Source: an uncultured beta proteobacterium (lineage in GTDB: Bacteria > Pseudomonadota > Gammaproteobacteria > Burkholderiales > Casimicrobiaceae). Taken from it: DNA of 64,000 bases. Under the pieces are notes generated by a model. That model was not told where the DNA came from. It did no database searches and saw nothing but the letters and a program-made list of their open reading frames with translations. The DNA lies in contig CAVSDL010000008.1 in assembly GCA_963726775.1 (NCBI GenBank), positions 105,063 through 169,062 on the forward strand. Direction: 5' to 3'. Position numbers and translations under genes: made by a program. Below are positions 1 through 9,595 of this stretch, piece by piece; positions within the stretch are counted from its first letter, which is position 1, and each line of letters opens with the position of its first letter.

Positions 1-475
1 CGCGGCCGTCGGCGGGCACCGGGAACAGTCGGTCGAAGGGGTTCGACGTGGTGAGCGTGAACAGGAGGAAGCCGAAGCTCACGAGGCCCATGACACCGAG
101 GACACGCGCCGCCATGTCGTCGGGCAGGTGCTTGCTCTTCAGCGCGACGGCCAGCGTCCAGATCGAGAGCATCAGCACCCACAGCATCATCGAGCCCTCG
201 TGCGACCCCCACGTGGCGGCGAACCGGTATTGGATCGGCAGCTGCGAATTCGAGTTGGTCGCCACGTTGAGCACCGAAAAGTCGCTCGTGATGAAGGAGT
301 ACGCGAGGCAGACCCATGCCGAAGCGGAGAATACGAACTGCGCCTTGGCGACCGGCCGCGCGAGCGCCATCCACACCGGTATCCCGCGCACCGCGCCGAT
401 AATCGGCAGCGTGCCCAGGACCGACGCCAGCAGCAGCGCCAGGATCAGGGCGAATTGACCAAGTTCAGGAATCAT
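1..475 (-). CDS. ccmF: Cytochrome c-type biogenesis protein CcmF (haem lyase subunit), N-terminal part; the gene runs off the left edge
   Basis: Hand translation from the ATG (complement of 473-475) gives MIPELGQFALILALLLASVLGTLPIIGAVRG...FAATWGSHEGSMMLWVLMLS, a CcmF-type polytopic N-terminus. It is open to position 1 and lies 14 nt downstream of ccmE in the canonical ccmABCDEF order. It is absent from the ORF track because it has no stop in the window. Confidence 0.85.
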   Translation of the reverse strand, partial: MIPELGQFALILALLLASVLGTLPIIGAVRGIPVWMALARPVAKAQFVFSASAWVCLAYSFITSDFSVLNVATNSNSQLPIQYRFAATWGSHEGSMMLWVLMLSIWTLAVALKSKHLPDDMAARVLGVMGLVSFGFLLFTLTTSNPFDRLFPVPADGR

Positions 476-489
476 CGGGGGCTCCCCGG

Positions 490-954
490 TTAGGGCTTGA
501 GCGTCTTGGCGGCCGCTTCTGCGGACGCCGCGCCACGGGCCTTGCTGACCGCATCGGCGGCTGCCGGCGGCATGTAGTTTTCGTCGTGCTTGGCCAGCAC
601 TTCGGTTGCGTGGAATACGCCGTCCGACTCGAGCTTGCCCTGCGCGACGACGCCCTTCCCCTCCTTGAACAGGTCGGGAAGGATCCCGGTATACACGACC
701 GGGACGGATTTCGCGGTGTCGGTGACCATGAAGCGCGAGGTGAGGCCGTCCTTTTCGCGGACCAGGCTCTTGTCTTCGACCAGACCGCCGATGCGGAACG
801 CCCGGCCCATCGGCACCTCGTTGGCGGCGATCTGCGTCGGCGTGAAGAAGAACACCAGGTTCGACTGGAACGCGTTCAGCACCAGCGCCGCGGCGACGCC
901 GAGAAGCGCGACGCCGCCGCCGATCCATGCGAAACGACGATGGCGGGCCTTCAT
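490..954 (-). CDS. ccmE: Cytochrome c-type biogenesis haem chaperone CcmE
   Basis: ORF 490..954 has an N-terminal membrane anchor ([19 protein letters not shown]). It also has the C-terminal haem-binding motif HDENYMPP typical of CcmE. Confidence 0.95.
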   Translation of the reverse strand: MKARHRRFAWIGGGVALLGVAAALVLNAFQSNLVFFFTPTQIAANEVPMGRAFRIGGLVEDKSLVREKDGLTSRFMVTDTAKSVPVVYTGILPDLFKEGKGVVAQGKLESDGVFHATEVLAKHDENYMPPAAADAVSKARGAASAEAAAKTLKP

Positions 955-1109
955 TGCGCCACCCCCTGCACCGGAATGTCGTCCGGACCGGATAGGCGCG
1001 CTTCCTCGAGCACCGCTCGGCGGCGCGAACGAACCGCCAGGACCTCGGCGACGATGACGAACGCCGTCACGCCGTACGAGCCCCAGACATAGAAGCCGTA
1101 ACCGCCCAT
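951..1109 (-). CDS. ccmD: Haem exporter small subunit CcmD
   Basis: A 52-aa ORF found by hand, below the track cut-off: [52 protein letters not shown]. It has one TM helix plus a basic tail. Its stop overlaps the ccmE ATG (ATGA), and it sits between ccmC and ccmE. Confidence 0.7.
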   Translation of the reverse strand: MGGYGFYVWGSYGVTAFVIVAEVLAVRSRRRAVLEEARLSGPDDIPVQGVAQ

Positions 1110-1160
1110 TGCAAAGAATTCAGCCACATTGCCCTCACGAAAAAATCAGCCACGATGCCC

Positions 1161-1904
1161 TCACGATGCCCTGACTTCGGCGAGCGCGGCGACCCACGCG
1201 GCGCCGCGCTCACGTTCGACCAGGATCGTTCGCGCCCGGGCCAGAGCGATGGCAATCGCGTAGAACCACGCGGCGAACGACAGGATCAGCATCCCGGAAA
1301 GCATGATGGCCGCCATTTTCGGCGCGGCGGTCAGGCTCACCGACGATCCCTGGTGGAGCGTGTTCCACCACTTGACGGAGTAATAGATGATCGGGACATT
1401 GATCGCGCCCGTGAGCGCCAGCACTGCGCACGCGCGGTCGGCACGGCGCGGGTCGTCGATCGCGTTGCGCAGTGCGATGATCCCGAGGTAGAGGAACAAG
1501 AGAATCAATTCCGAGGTCATGCGCGCATCCCACGCCCAGTACGTGCCCCACGTCGGGCGGCCCCATAGCGAGCCGGTCACGAGCGCGATGAACGTCATCA
1601 ACGCGCCGGTGGGCGCCAGCGCCTGCGCCATCATTGCCGAAAGCCGGGTGTTGAACCCGAGCGCCAGGGCGCTCCAGAACGCCATCACCAGGTAGAGGAA
1701 CATCGACATCCATGCCGCCGGCACATGGATGAAGATGATCCGGTAGGAGTCGCCCTGCTGGAAATCGGTCGGCGCGACGACGAGACCGATGTAGACGCCG
1801 ACCGCCGTCAGTACCGCTGCCGACCAGGCAAACCACGGAATCAATTTTCCGGCGACCGGGTAAAACGTCGCGGGGGACGCGTATTTGTACCAGTTGAAGG
1901 TCAT
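1161..1904 (-). CDS. ccmC: Haem exporter / haem-handling protein CcmC
   Basis: ORF 1161..1976 trimmed to the internal ATG at 1904 (MTFNWYKYASP...). It has the tryptophan-rich WGTYWAWDARMTSE motif and multiple TM helices. Confidence 0.93.
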   Translation of the reverse strand: MTFNWYKYASPATFYPVAGKLIPWFAWSAAVLTAVGVYIGLVVAPTDFQQGDSYRIIFIHVPAAWMSMFLYLVMAFWSALALGFNTRLSAMMAQALAPTGALMTFIALVTGSLWGRPTWGTYWAWDARMTSELILLFLYLGIIALRNAIDDPRRADRACAVLALTGAINVPIIYYSVKWWNTLHQGSSVSLTAAPKMAAIMLSGMLILSFAAWFYAIAIALARARTILVERERGAAWVAALAEVRAS

Positions 1905-1929
1905 CTTGGTGGTGTGAGCGCAGCGCGGG

Positions 1930-2643
1930 TCAGTCGAGTGCGATTCGGACGGCGGCCGCGGCGGCGAACGGCGCACCGACCACGGCGATGATTAACCCTG
2001 CGCCAAGCAGGGACAGATTGGCGGCGGCGCCGAGACCGGCCCGCATTGCGTCAACGGCCCCGGCGCCGAAGATCAGCACCGGAACATAAAGCGGCAGGAT
2101 CAGAAGCGCGAGAAGGCTGCCGCCCGCACGCAGGCCCAACGTGAGCGCGGCGCCGATCGCACCCAGCAGCGAAAGGATCGGCGTGCCGATCAGCAGCGCC
2201 GCGGTCAACACGGCAAGGGACTCACCGTCCATCGCATACTGGACGCCCAGCAGTGGCGCCAGAAGCGCCACCGGCAGACCCGTGGTCAGCCAGTGCGAGA
2301 GTATTTTACCAGAAACGAGCGCTCCCAGCGGATAAGGCGACAACGCGATCTGCTCGAGCGTGCCGTCGGCGTAATCGCCGGCGAAGAGCCGGGGCAGCGA
2401 TAGCAGCGACGCGAGGAGGGCCGCGACCCAAAGAACGCCGGGGCCCATGGTCGCGAGCAGCGTGCGCTCGGGAGTCGAGGCGAGGGGAAAGAGTGAAACC
2501 ACGATCACATAGAACAGGAGTTGCACGCCGAGTTCCGCGCGCGAGCGCAAGGCGATCCGGAGGTCGCGCGCCAGCGCCCAGCCGATGCCGGGCAGAATGG
2601 CGCCGGACGCAGCGGAGACGGGAGCGGCGTGGGTGGGCAACAT
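1930..2643 (-). CDS. ccmB: Haem exporter permease CcmB
   Basis: ORF 1930..2643 is a polytopic hydrophobic protein. It sits between the ABC ATPase ccmA (2-nt gap) and ccmC. Confidence 0.9.
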   Translation of the reverse strand: MLPTHAAPVSAASGAILPGIGWALARDLRIALRSRAELGVQLLFYVIVVSLFPLASTPERTLLATMGPGVLWVAALLASLLSLPRLFAGDYADGTLEQIALSPYPLGALVSGKILSHWLTTGLPVALLAPLLGVQYAMDGESLAVLTAALLIGTPILSLLGAIGAALTLGLRAGGSLLALLILPLYVPVLIFGAGAVDAMRAGLGAAANLSLLGAGLIIAVVGAPFAAAAAVRIALD

Positions 2644-2645
2644 GT

Positions 2646-3260
2646 TCAGGACAGCATGATCGACCGTACGCGCGCCGGCGGAAGCCCCAACGGAGCGTGG
2701 GTCGCGGCCACGGCGAGGCCCCCGCTCTCCAGGTGGGCGGCGACCATCTCGGCAAGCATCTCGGTGCCGGCCGCGTCCAGTGCTGTCACCGGCTCATCGA
2801 GGATCCACAGCGGGCGATTCAGGAGCGCCAGGCGCGCGAGGCCGATGCGTCGCCTCTGCCCCTGCGACAAGACGCGCGCGGGCAGCGTTCGTTTCGACGC
2901 CAGCGCGACCGTGTCGAGCGCGCCGAGGATCGCATTGCGCGAAACCGCTTCACCCGCGAGAGCAACCAGGGCGGCGAGATTTTCCTCCGCACTGAGTTCG
3001 TCCTTCAGCGCGGGCGCATGCCCCGCGAACGCGATGGACGCGCGCATCAAGGGGTCGAACGGCGCGACGGTTTCGCCGTTCCAGCGAACTTCGCCGGCTG
3101 CGGGCGCCGACAGGCCGGCCAGCATGCGCAACAAGGTTGTCTTGCCTGTACCGTTGGCACCCGTGACCACCAGCGCCTCGCCCGATCGCGCCTTGAATGA
3201 CAACCCTTCGAACAGGCGCGCGTGGCCGCGGCGCGCGGCGAGTTCGTGGGCTTCGAGCAT
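2646..3260 (-). CDS. ccmA: Haem exporter ATP-binding protein CcmA
   Basis: ORF 2646..3542 trimmed to the ATG at 3260 (MLEAHELAARRG...). Motifs: Walker A GANGTGKTTLL, ABC signature LSQGQRRR, Walker B LWILDEP. Confidence 0.9.
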   Translation of the reverse strand: MLEAHELAARRGHARLFEGLSFKARSGEALVVTGANGTGKTTLLRMLAGLSAPAAGEVRWNGETVAPFDPLMRASIAFAGHAPALKDELSAEENLAALVALAGEAVSRNAILGALDTVALASKRTLPARVLSQGQRRRIGLARLALLNRPLWILDEPVTALDAAGTEMLAEMVAAHLESGGLAVAATHAPLGLPPARVRSIMLS

Positions 3261-3351
3261 GGGCGGGCGCAGGGGTCCTGGTTGGGGTCGTTGCCGTGGG
3301 GGAGTCGAGCGCGCGGAGAACGACGGCGCGCCGATGCGAAGGGCGGCCACA

Positions 3352-3357
3352 ATTATA
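3352..3357 (-). promoter_or_regulatory. Candidate -10 box (perfect TATAAT on the minus strand) upstream of ccmA
   Basis: The complement of attata at 3352-3357 is TATAAT, 92 nt upstream of the ccmA ATG. A perfect hexamer is rare in this GC-rich context. No convincing -35 box was found. Confidence 0.25.
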
Positions 3358-3612
3358 GCGGACGCCCTCTGGCGTGCCCGTAGCCAGGCCCGATCCGACG
3401 GCACCGGCGCGACCGTTCGGGCGGCATCGGGAGTGCGATCCGCAGCGCGCGACCGGGCGGCGCTTGCGATCCAGCTCGCCAACTCGGACAAGCAGGCGCC
3501 GGCGTCGGCGATCGGCTTCCAGGATAGCTTTCCCGCCGGCATGATCCTTGTAGCGGGGGCTGCAGGACCCGCCCTGCGAACTCGGCCGGCCCATCGCTAT
3601 GCGCCGTACGTT

Positions 3613-5763
3613 TTACGGCGCTTTCACCGGCCCCGCGATGCCGAGCTGATCGACGAGGAACGTGTACACGTCGGCCTCCTTCTCGATCTCGCTGGACAAC
3701 GCCGTGCCGATTCCGTGCCCCGCTTCGGCGTCCGTACGCAGCAGGATCGGATAGCCTGATGCGCTGGCCGCCTGCAGGCGCGCCGCCATCTTGCGCGACT
3801 CGTACGGCGCGACGCGCCCGTCGTTGTCGCCCGCCGTGAGCAGCACCGCCGGGTATTTCACGCCGTCCTTGATGCGCAGCAGCGGCGAATAGTCGTACAG
3901 CGCCTTGAACTGGGCCGGGTCCTTCGTGCTGCCGAACTCCGTGACGTTGAACTCGCCGTTCGGCTGCGTTTCCCAGCGCAGCGTATCGTAGATGCCTACT
4001 TCGCTGACAACGGCGCGCATCGCCTCGGGGTGCTGCGTCAACGCGGCGCCCATCGTCAACCCGCCGTTGCTTCCGCCCATGATGGCGAGCCGCTCGGGAC
4101 TCGTGAATTTGCGTTCGACGAGCATTTGCAGGCAAGCAGCAAAGTCATCGAAGACGTTTTGCTTGCGCGTCAGCTTGCCGGCCTCGTGCCACGCCTCGCC
4201 GTATTCGCCGCCGCCCCGAATGCCGGCGAGAGCGAACACGCCGCCGTAGTCGAGCCAGAGCCGGTACAAGCGGTTGAAGTACGGGATCATGCTGATGCCA
4301 TAACCCCCGTAGGCGTAAAGGAGGGTCGGATGCGTGCCGTCCAGCTTGATGTTCTTCGCGTGCAGGATCATCACGGGAACGCGCGTTCCGTCCTTCGATA
4401 TTGCAAATCCGCGCTCGACCGCCGCGTCGTCCAGGTTGAACGGCGGCTTGCCGTTGAGCGCCGTCTCGGCGAGACGATTCGCGCGCGCGTCGTAGCGATA
4501 GCGAGTGGCCGGCGTGACGAAGCTCATCACGCGCACGAGGACATTGTCGCCGTCGAGGAGGGTGCCGACACTCGTGTCCGACAAGGGTTCGGCAGGCAGA
4601 ACACCGAGGGCCGCACCGCGCAGGTCGAACATCCTTACCTGCGACGGGCCGCCGTCGCGATACTGCACATACAGGCGAGATCGTGCGACCGTCACGCTAT
4701 CGGCGGACAGCGAGGACTCGGGCACGACGACGCGCGCGCGCTCGAGCCGCGCGTCGGCCAGCGGGATGGCGAGAATGCGTCCCAGTGGCGCGTCCTTGAC
4801 CGAGCGCGCATAGAGATTGCCGTCCTGTCCTATGCTCATCTGCTTGACGCCATCGGTGAAGTCGGCGACCCGTGTCCACGTCCCGCGTGACCGTTTGAGG
4901 TAATAGGCGATCTCGCCGCCGTCGCCGTTTCTCACTTGCGCCAGCACGTCGCGGCCATCCTTGCTTCCCGCCAATTCGATCTCCGCGATCCGCGGGAACT
5001 CGCGACCGATCACATACGCATCGGCCGCGACGGGCATGCCGAGCCGGTGGAACCACACCGTCTGATAGAAGTGGCGATCCGCCTCCGATTGCTCGTTGTC
5101 ACCCGGATACCGCGTGTAGTAGAAGCCCTTGCTGTCCGCCGCCCATTCGATGCTGCCGCCCGCCGTGGGGTACGTCACGCGCGGCACGATGTCGGGGAGG
5201 CGCTTGCCGGTCGCCACTTCGTAAACATAGGCCGTCCCGTCTTCGCTGCCGTCCTTCGACAGCGACAACGCAACGTATTTGCCGTCGTACGACGGCGAGT
5301 AGAAGTCGATCGTCGTCCGGCCACTGGGGTCGAGGACCGTGGGGTCGAGCACCACACGCTCCTTGTCTGCATCGAGCGAGGCCGGAATGACGACGAGCGC
5401 CGGCTGATTCTTCGGCGGCGCGACCTTCAGCGCGAACGCGACGCCGCCTCGATACTTGATGTCGTATCGGGAAACGGTCTTCGCGCCCAGGAGTTCTCCG
5501 ACGCGTCGCGCGATTTCCTTCCGCTGCGGACTGGCGTCCAGAAGCTTCCGCGTCAGCGCGTTTTCGTCGCGCACCCACGCCTTCACCACGGGCGACGCGT
5601 CGTCCTCCATCCACCGGTAGTCGTCGACGACCGTGACGCCGTGAAAGGTCTCGGCGACCGGGACCTTGGCCGCTGGCGGATAGGTCGGCATTCCGTCGGC
5701 GGCTGCCGCCGGACCCGCGAACGCGAGCGTGCCGAAAAAAGCGAAGCGTGCGAATGGTTGCAT
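3613..5763 (-). CDS. Secreted prolyl oligopeptidase (S9A family serine peptidase)
   Basis: ORF 3613..5853 trimmed to the ATG at 5763, which gives a signal peptide (MQPFARFAFFGTLAFAGPAAAADG). DDYRWMED lies near the N-terminus. The C-terminal hydrolase domain has the GGSNGG nucleophile elbow. Confidence 0.9.
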   Translation of the reverse strand: MQPFARFAFFGTLAFAGPAAAADGMPTYPPAAKVPVAETFHGVTVVDDYRWMEDDASPVVKAWVRDENALTRKLLDASPQRKEIARRVGELLGAKTVSRYDIKYRGGVAFALKVAPPKNQPALVVIPASLDADKERVVLDPTVLDPSGRTTIDFYSPSYDGKYVALSLSKDGSEDGTAYVYEVATGKRLPDIVPRVTYPTAGGSIEWAADSKGFYYTRYPGDNEQSEADRHFYQTVWFHRLGMPVAADAYVIGREFPRIAEIELAGSKDGRDVLAQVRNGDGGEIAYYLKRSRGTWTRVADFTDGVKQMSIGQDGNLYARSVKDAPLGRILAIPLADARLERARVVVPESSLSADSVTVARSRLYVQYRDGGPSQVRMFDLRGAALGVLPAEPLSDTSVGTLLDGDNVLVRVMSFVTPATRYRYDARANRLAETALNGKPPFNLDDAAVERGFAISKDGTRVPVMILHAKNIKLDGTHPTLLYAYGGYGISMIPYFNRLYRLWLDYGGVFALAGIRGGGEYGEAWHEAGKLTRKQNVFDDFAACLQMLVERKFTSPERLAIMGGSNGGLTMGAALTQHPEAMRAVVSEVGIYDTLRWETQPNGEFNVTEFGSTKDPAQFKALYDYSPLLRIKDGVKYPAVLLTAGDNDGRVAPYESRKMAARLQAASASGYPILLRTDAEAGHGIGTALSSEIEKEADVYTFLVDQLGIAGPVKAP

Positions 5764-5849
5764 GGATATCGCGTCCCCGAATTTGGAACGCGCAACGCTA
5801 CACGAAGCCCGGCGGCTTGAACAGCGGTCAAGCGCGCGCCGGCGCCGGG

Positions 5850-6641
5850 TCACCAGGAGTTTCGAAGTTCGCGGAGCTTCAGGAACACGGCGCGCGGGTC
5901 AGGCTTCTCGGGCAGATCGGGAAAAGCTTCGCGCAATTTCGCGATCACCGTGGGGCTTTCCAGGCGAAAGAACGTGTTGACCTGCATTTCGACTTCAAGC
6001 GTCGTGACAAAGGCGCTATCAGGGTCGTGATCCGTGAGCCTTTCGAGCATCTCCAGTGCGCTCTTGTTGTCGGGCTCGCGATTCAACGTGAAACGCAAGT
6101 TGTTTTCCATGTAATCGTGGCCCGGATAAATCAATGTCGAAGGGGGCAGCTTGGCGAGCTGCCCGGAAAAGGTCCTGTAGAGCTCGGCCGGATGGCCGCC
6201 GTTATGGCAATTCCCGGCGCCGGCGTTGAACAGCGTATCTCCGCACAAGAGTGCCGGCTGGTCGGTGTGCGACAGCAAGCACACGTGACTCATGGTGTGG
6301 CCTGGCGTGTCCAGCACTTCGAGCTCCACCGTCCTGCCCACTTTCACGACATCCCCCGCGCCCAAGCCCCGGGCCATATCGGGGATCTTGTCCCTGGCGT
6401 TCCTGTGCGCCAGGATCCTGGCTCCGGTTTTCCGGACCATGGGCTCGTTCCCGCCCGTATGGTCGCGGTGTTCGTGGGTGTTCAGGATCTGGGTGATATT
6501 CCAGCCCGCTTCCGTGGCGAACTTCAGGCATTTCTCGTGGTCGAGGGGATCGACTGCAAGGGCCTCGCCGGTTTCGTGGCAGGCGATGAGGTAGTTGAAA
6601 TTGCGGTAGGCGTTGGCAGTCCAAATCTGTTTGACGATCAT
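5850..6641 (-). CDS. gloB: Hydroxyacylglutathione hydrolase-like metallo-beta-lactamase fold protein
   Basis: ORF 5850..6674 trimmed to the ATG at 6641 (MIVKQIW...). It has the THEHRDHTGG (HxHxDH) and TPGHT metal-ligand motifs and a GloB-like C-terminal helical domain. Confidence 0.8.
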   Translation of the reverse strand: MIVKQIWTANAYRNFNYLIACHETGEALAVDPLDHEKCLKFATEAGWNITQILNTHEHRDHTGGNEPMVRKTGARILAHRNARDKIPDMARGLGAGDVVKVGRTVELEVLDTPGHTMSHVCLLSHTDQPALLCGDTLFNAGAGNCHNGGHPAELYRTFSGQLAKLPPSTLIYPGHDYMENNLRFTLNREPDNKSALEMLERLTDHDPDSAFVTTLEVEMQVNTFFRLESPTVIAKLREAFPDLPEKPDPRAVFLKLRELRNSW

Positions 6642-6753
6642 GGCATCATCCGGGGTCGGTCGGCCTTTGGGCAATGATAGCGCCGGAACAGGCCGCGCTG
6701 CGGAAACCCATCCTTCGGCGCCGGTGCATCATCCGGCGGCGCGCTCGCCCGCG

Positions 6754-7602
6754 CTATGTCGCGTCCTGCAGGCGCAACCTGCGGGCGGCGTCCTCGAAGC
6801 GTGCGTCGTCGATTTCCCGCATTACGCTATCGAGATCGACTTCCTTCTCGGCGCGCGCGAAGCGGCCGGTGAGCGGCGTGTCCGGCTGCAGAGCTCCGGC
6901 CTCGAACAGCGCCCAGATCTCCTGGCCGTAGTCGGTGGCCAGCAATTCGGGCGCGTAGCGGCCAAAGTAACCGCGCAGGTTGGCCACATCGCGCTCGAGG
7001 ATCTTCGGCGCGTGATTGTTGCCGGCCGCATCCACCGCCTGCGGCAGATCGATGATCACCGGGCCGTCGCTGCCGAGCAGGATGTTGTATTCGCTGAGGT
7101 CGCCATGCACGACGCCGGCGCACAGCGTCCGCACGACTTCGCGGATCAGGCACTGGTGATGCGTGCGCGCCATCTCCGGCGTGAACTCGAGATCGTTGAG
7201 GCGCGGGGCCGCCTCGCCGTGTTCATCGGTGACGAGCTCCATCAGCAGCACACCTTCGTGGAAGTTGTAGGGCTTCGGCACGCGCACGCCGGCCGCGGCC
7301 AGCCGGTATAGCGCATCGACTTCCGCGTTCTGCCACGCGTCTTCGGCAGCCTTGCGCCCGAAGCGGGTGCCTTTGGCCATCGCGCGAGCCTGACGCGTGT
7401 TCTTCGTCTTGCGGTTTTCGGTGTAGTCGACCGCCTGCCGAAAGCTGCGCTTGTCGGCTTCCTTGTAGACCTTGGCGCAGCGTGTCTCACCTCCGCATCG
7501 CACGACGAAGACCATCGCTTCCTTGCCGCTCATCAATTGCCGCACGACGCCGTCGATCAGGCCTTCCTCGAGCAAAGGCTGGAGTCTCTTGGGTATTTTC
7601 AT
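6754..7602 (-). CDS. RIO-type atypical serine protein kinase
   Basis: ORF 6754..7659 trimmed to the ATG at 7602 (MKIPKRLQPLLEEGL...). Motifs: SGKEAMVF nucleotide loop, CAKVYK lysine, VHGDLSEYNIL catalytic loop, IIDLPQAV metal loop. Confidence 0.75.
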   Translation of the reverse strand: MKIPKRLQPLLEEGLIDGVVRQLMSGKEAMVFVVRCGGETRCAKVYKEADKRSFRQAVDYTENRKTKNTRQARAMAKGTRFGRKAAEDAWQNAEVDALYRLAAAGVRVPKPYNFHEGVLLMELVTDEHGEAAPRLNDLEFTPEMARTHHQCLIREVVRTLCAGVVHGDLSEYNILLGSDGPVIIDLPQAVDAAGNNHAPKILERDVANLRGYFGRYAPELLATDYGQEIWALFEAGALQPDTPLTGRFARAEKEVDLDSVMREIDDARFEDAARRLRLQDAT

Positions 7603-8121
7603 GGAAGCGGTTCGGCGTCTATCGGGTGTGGCGATCGAGGTGTCCACCGACCGCTCCACAACAATCGTCCCTCGCGGGCAGTTCGGCGGATCGATCGCCG
7701 TCGGCAGCAGCCCGCCGACGGACCCGCCATCGGCGGCGCAGGGCGGCCCGACAATCGTGGGTCGGATCGCGAGGGTTTGTTTGCCGCGGCAATGCGCGGC
7801 GGCATCTGCAGAGGCGGGATGCCGAGCACCTCTTGCGAAAACCTGTCACGCCACGCGGCGCGACATCCATGCGCGCAGTGGAGCGTCCCTGCACGGTCTT
7901 CAGTGCTTATACACGATATCGCGGGGTCCGATGGGAACGACGTTGCCACAGGTCGAGTCGAATTCGCGGCCGGCATTCCGAAGCTGTCGACCGCAATGCC
8001 CTGAAGGGCAGCGCTTCGAAGCGGACAAGCCGATCCGATTCGCAATGACGTCAGCACGCTTCCGGACTTCTGCAATCAGGAGCTGTTCGACTCCCCTTCA
8101 ACATTCCTGGCGACCGCCACA

Positions 8122-8340
8122 TCAGGCTGAAGATCGAGGTCGCGATTCGTCCGCGCGGCCGGCGGGATTGTCGCGCTGGGCGAGGCGAGCGTGCACGGTG
8201 GGAATGTCGATGACGAAGGCGATGATCCGCCTCGCGCCCCCGCACTTCGGGCACAGGAGCGCGAACAACGCGCAAGTGCGGGCAAGCAGCATTGTCCAGG
8301 CATTGCGGAGCGCGCGGCGACGGCGCTGTCGGACTTTTTT
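8122..8340 (-). pseudogene. C-terminal remnant of an IS91/ISCR-family (HUH Y2) transposase
   Basis: The reverse frame reads ...ALRNAWTMLLARTCALFALLCPKCGGARRIIAFVIDIPTVHARLAQRDNPAGRA. This matches the conserved tail of IS91-family transposases (W..LL.R.F......CP.CGG...IIA.I.....). No catalytic part lies upstream, and GC drops abruptly near 8370. Confidence 0.45.
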
Positions 8341-8524
8341 ACACCCGCCTTGATCCGGCCCGAGGGAGGTCATCTAAGTATTTGTTTTGTAATGCTCTGC
8401 TTCGATGGGTCCGGAATTTGCGTGGGTTACTCACGATAAAGCAGGACCCCGGCTGCAGCGCGCATCGAGATGCTGCATCGAACCAGGATCATGTCTGGCC
8501 GCATCGGCTAGAGGACACCAAAAT

Positions 8525-9595
8525 ATGACCAGCAAACTTGCAACGCTTCTCGGAAGTCTGGGTCTGTTCGCGGCGATGTCGAACGCGGGCGCAGTGGTCA
8601 CGTTCACTCCGTTCGTGACCGCGTCCGATTTGAGCACTGCGCTTTCCAATACCTCTACGATCGGCTTTGCCTTTGCGGGCGACAAGTTCGTCGGCTCGGT
8701 CTATTTCGGTACGAACAATAATCAGCTTTACCAGACCAATCTGAACGGCGGCGGCGTTACCACCTTCGGCGCACCGATCGTCGGTGCTTCTGGCGAAATC
8801 TATGTTTCAAGTTCGCTGGGGCTTGGCGGATTTGGCTTGCGCGATGTTTTTGCTGGGCCGGAGGGGATAGGGACAGTGTACAAATTCAATAACAACGGCA
8901 GCGGTCAGGTCGCCTTCACGACCGGGCTGGTCGGTGGCGTGCGCAGCATCGCATTCGACCCCTATGGTCTCTACGGTAGCAACATGATCGTCGCAACCAA
9001 CGCCGGAAGGATCTACTCGGTCGACAGCGGAGGAACTGCCACGCTCCTCGCAATTACCGGCGAGGACACCGAGGGCCTGAGCTTTGCGCCGCAGGCTTTC
9101 GGCCCAGTCCCGGCTGGAACACTGGTCGTCGCATCAGAGGGAAGCGGCAGCCTTCGCGCCATTACTCCAGGCGGGACGATGTCTCTCATCACGACGATTG
9201 GTTCTGCTGAAATGGTGAGTTTTGTGCCGCTCAATCTGGGCATCAGTGGCAATCCGCTGGAGGGCTTCTACGCGGCCAACTATAGCCTGGACGTGATCAA
9301 AGCTCCGGCGAGCGACTTCCTCCCCTACGTCGGCGACATGATCGTTACCGGCGAGACCACCCATCAGGTATGGGACGTCAAGTGGAATGGCGCGAGCTTT
9401 GTTTCGACGCAAATCGCCACGTTTCCCAACCAGCCGGAAGATGGCATCTTCCTGACGGCGGCGATCCTGAATCCGGCATGCGAGCTGACCAACACATGTA
9501 CTGGCCGCGTCCCAGAGCCCGGTGAAATTCCGCTCATTGCCGCGGCGATGGGCGCACTGGCGTGGGCGCGTCGCCGCCGGCGCATTTCCGGATGA
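8525..9595 (+). CDS. Secreted repeat protein with C-terminal PEP-CTERM sorting signal
   Basis: ORF 8405..9595 trimmed to the ATG at 8525, which gives a signal peptide (MTSKLATLLGSLGLFAAMSNAGA). The C-terminus is VPEPGEIPLIAAAMGALAWARRRRR, that is PEP motif, TM helix and Arg cluster. GC is visibly lower than in the flanks. Confidence 0.75.
   Translation: MTSKLATLLGSLGLFAAMSNAGAVVTFTPFVTASDLSTALSNTSTIGFAFAGDKFVGSVYFGTNNNQLYQTNLNGGGVTTFGAPIVGASGEIYVSSSLGLGGFGLRDVFAGPEGIGTVYKFNNNGSGQVAFTTGLVGGVRSIAFDPYGLYGSNMIVATNAGRIYSVDSGGTATLLAITGEDTEGLSFAPQAFGPVPAGTLVVASEGSGSLRAITPGGTMSLITTIGSAEMVSFVPLNLGISGNPLEGFYAANYSLDVIKAPASDFLPYVGDMIVTGETTHQVWDVKWNGASFVSTQIATFPNQPEDGIFLTAAILNPACELTNTCTGRVPEPGEIPLIAAAMGALAWARRRRRISG

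Noticed and set aside
7603-8121. Possible additional gene remnant (minus-strand reading ...EQLLIAEVRKRADVIANRIGLSASKRCPSGHCGRQLRNAGREFDSTCGNVVPIGPRDIVYKH followed by a stop at about 7908)
   Set aside because: It has no start codon, is preceded by an in-frame stop, and has no family I can recognise. I treat it as non-coding or decayed DNA.
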